A DNA stretch of 64,000 bases, from assembly GCA_012838425.1 (NCBI GenBank), contig DUPG01000017.1, positions 32,343 to 96,342 of the forward strand. The letters run 5' to 3'. The position numbers and the translations under genes were made by a program. A model generated the notes under the pieces. The model was not told the DNA's origin and ran no database searches. It saw only the letters and a list, made by a program, of their open reading frames with translations. Of the stretch, positions 63,841-64,000 are shown in pieces (position 1 is the stretch's first letter; the number at the start of each line of letters is the position of its first letter). The DNA is from Clostridiales bacterium. Lineage in GTDB: Bacteria; Bacillota; Clostridia; Christensenellales; CAG-138.

Positions 63841-63941
63841 CAGTAGCGGATTCGGTCGTTGCACCGCAGGGACTTACTCCCTTTCGTTCAATCGAATAAT
63901 CCATTCATATTGACACTTAACGCGCAACGCCTACTCTACTG
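63841..63941 (-). promoter_or_regulatory. THF (tetrahydrofolate) riboswitch aptamer
   Basis: Minus strand reads CAGUAGAGUAGGCGUUGCGCGUUAAGUGUCAAUAUGAAUGGAUUAUUCGAUUGAACGAAAGGGAGUAAGUCCCUGCGGUGCAACGACCGAAUCCGCUACUG. Carries the conserved AGAGUAG, GCGUUAAGUG, GAAUGG, ACGAA, GCGGUG and AUCCGCU blocks, and P1 (CAGUAG/CUACUG) and P2 (GCGUUGC/GCAACG) pair. Confidence 0.85.
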
Positions 63942-63960
63942 TTACCGGTAAAGTAAATAT

Positions 63961-63989
63961 ATTGTACTGTCCAAAACATAAAATGTCAA
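63961..63989 (-). promoter_or_regulatory. candidate sigma-A promoter driving the riboswitch-folT-rsmG transcript
   Basis: Minus strand reads TTGACA, 17-nt spacer, TACAAT. Confidence 0.55.
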
Positions 63990-64000
63990 CAAGTTGAAAC

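Noticed and set aside
1-64000. CRISPR arrays, rRNA or tRNA genes, transposases, integrases, and toxin-antitoxin or restriction-type defence genes.
   Set aside because: I scanned ORF products and intergenic regions and found nothing matching these classes.

Overview
This window looks like chromosomal DNA from a spore-forming Clostridia-class Firmicute that uses cohesin/dockerin surface assembly. Sporulation markers are spoVT, ylmC/ymxH, a SipL/SpoVID-like LysM protein and a CotH kinase. Most of the window is housekeeping: uvrC, recX, birA, aconitase, tldD/pmbA, xth, a phosphosugar mutase, recJ, prs, tadA, lepB, ansA, dapB, proBAC, rsmG and a heterodimeric ABC exporter.

The features the ORF track does not explain are:
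- **SCIFF peptide:** a 47-aa six-cysteine precursor, below the ORF cutoff, sits with its radical-SAM/SPASM maturase. It lies just downstream of four clustered DnaA boxes and just upstream of recJ.
- **Lipoprotein module:** six copies of an unassigned ~60-aa module occur in five signal-peptide proteins (four with a lipobox) at two loci. One copy is fused to a cohesin-like domain. Two non-glycosidase dockerin proteins lie in the same window: an RCC1 beta-propeller and a large Big_2 protein with a possible His/Cys protease core.
- **Surface operon:** a CotH kinase (3x lamin-tail domains), a VTC polyphosphate-polymerase-like protein and a DUF4956 protein form one operon.
- **Intergenic repeat:** a dispersed ~100-200-bp element is built from ~21-nt units, each a mini stem-loop followed by GAATGAA.
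- **Riboswitch:** a THF riboswitch sits ahead of a folT-rsmG pair.
- **Gene fusion:** DapB is fused to aspartokinase-type ACT domains.
- **Gene-end duplication:** a 67-bp duplication copies the 3' end of a lipoprotein gene.

I found no rRNA genes, tRNA genes, CRISPR arrays, transposases or integrases. Coordinates of small hand-mapped motifs may be off by 1-2 nt.
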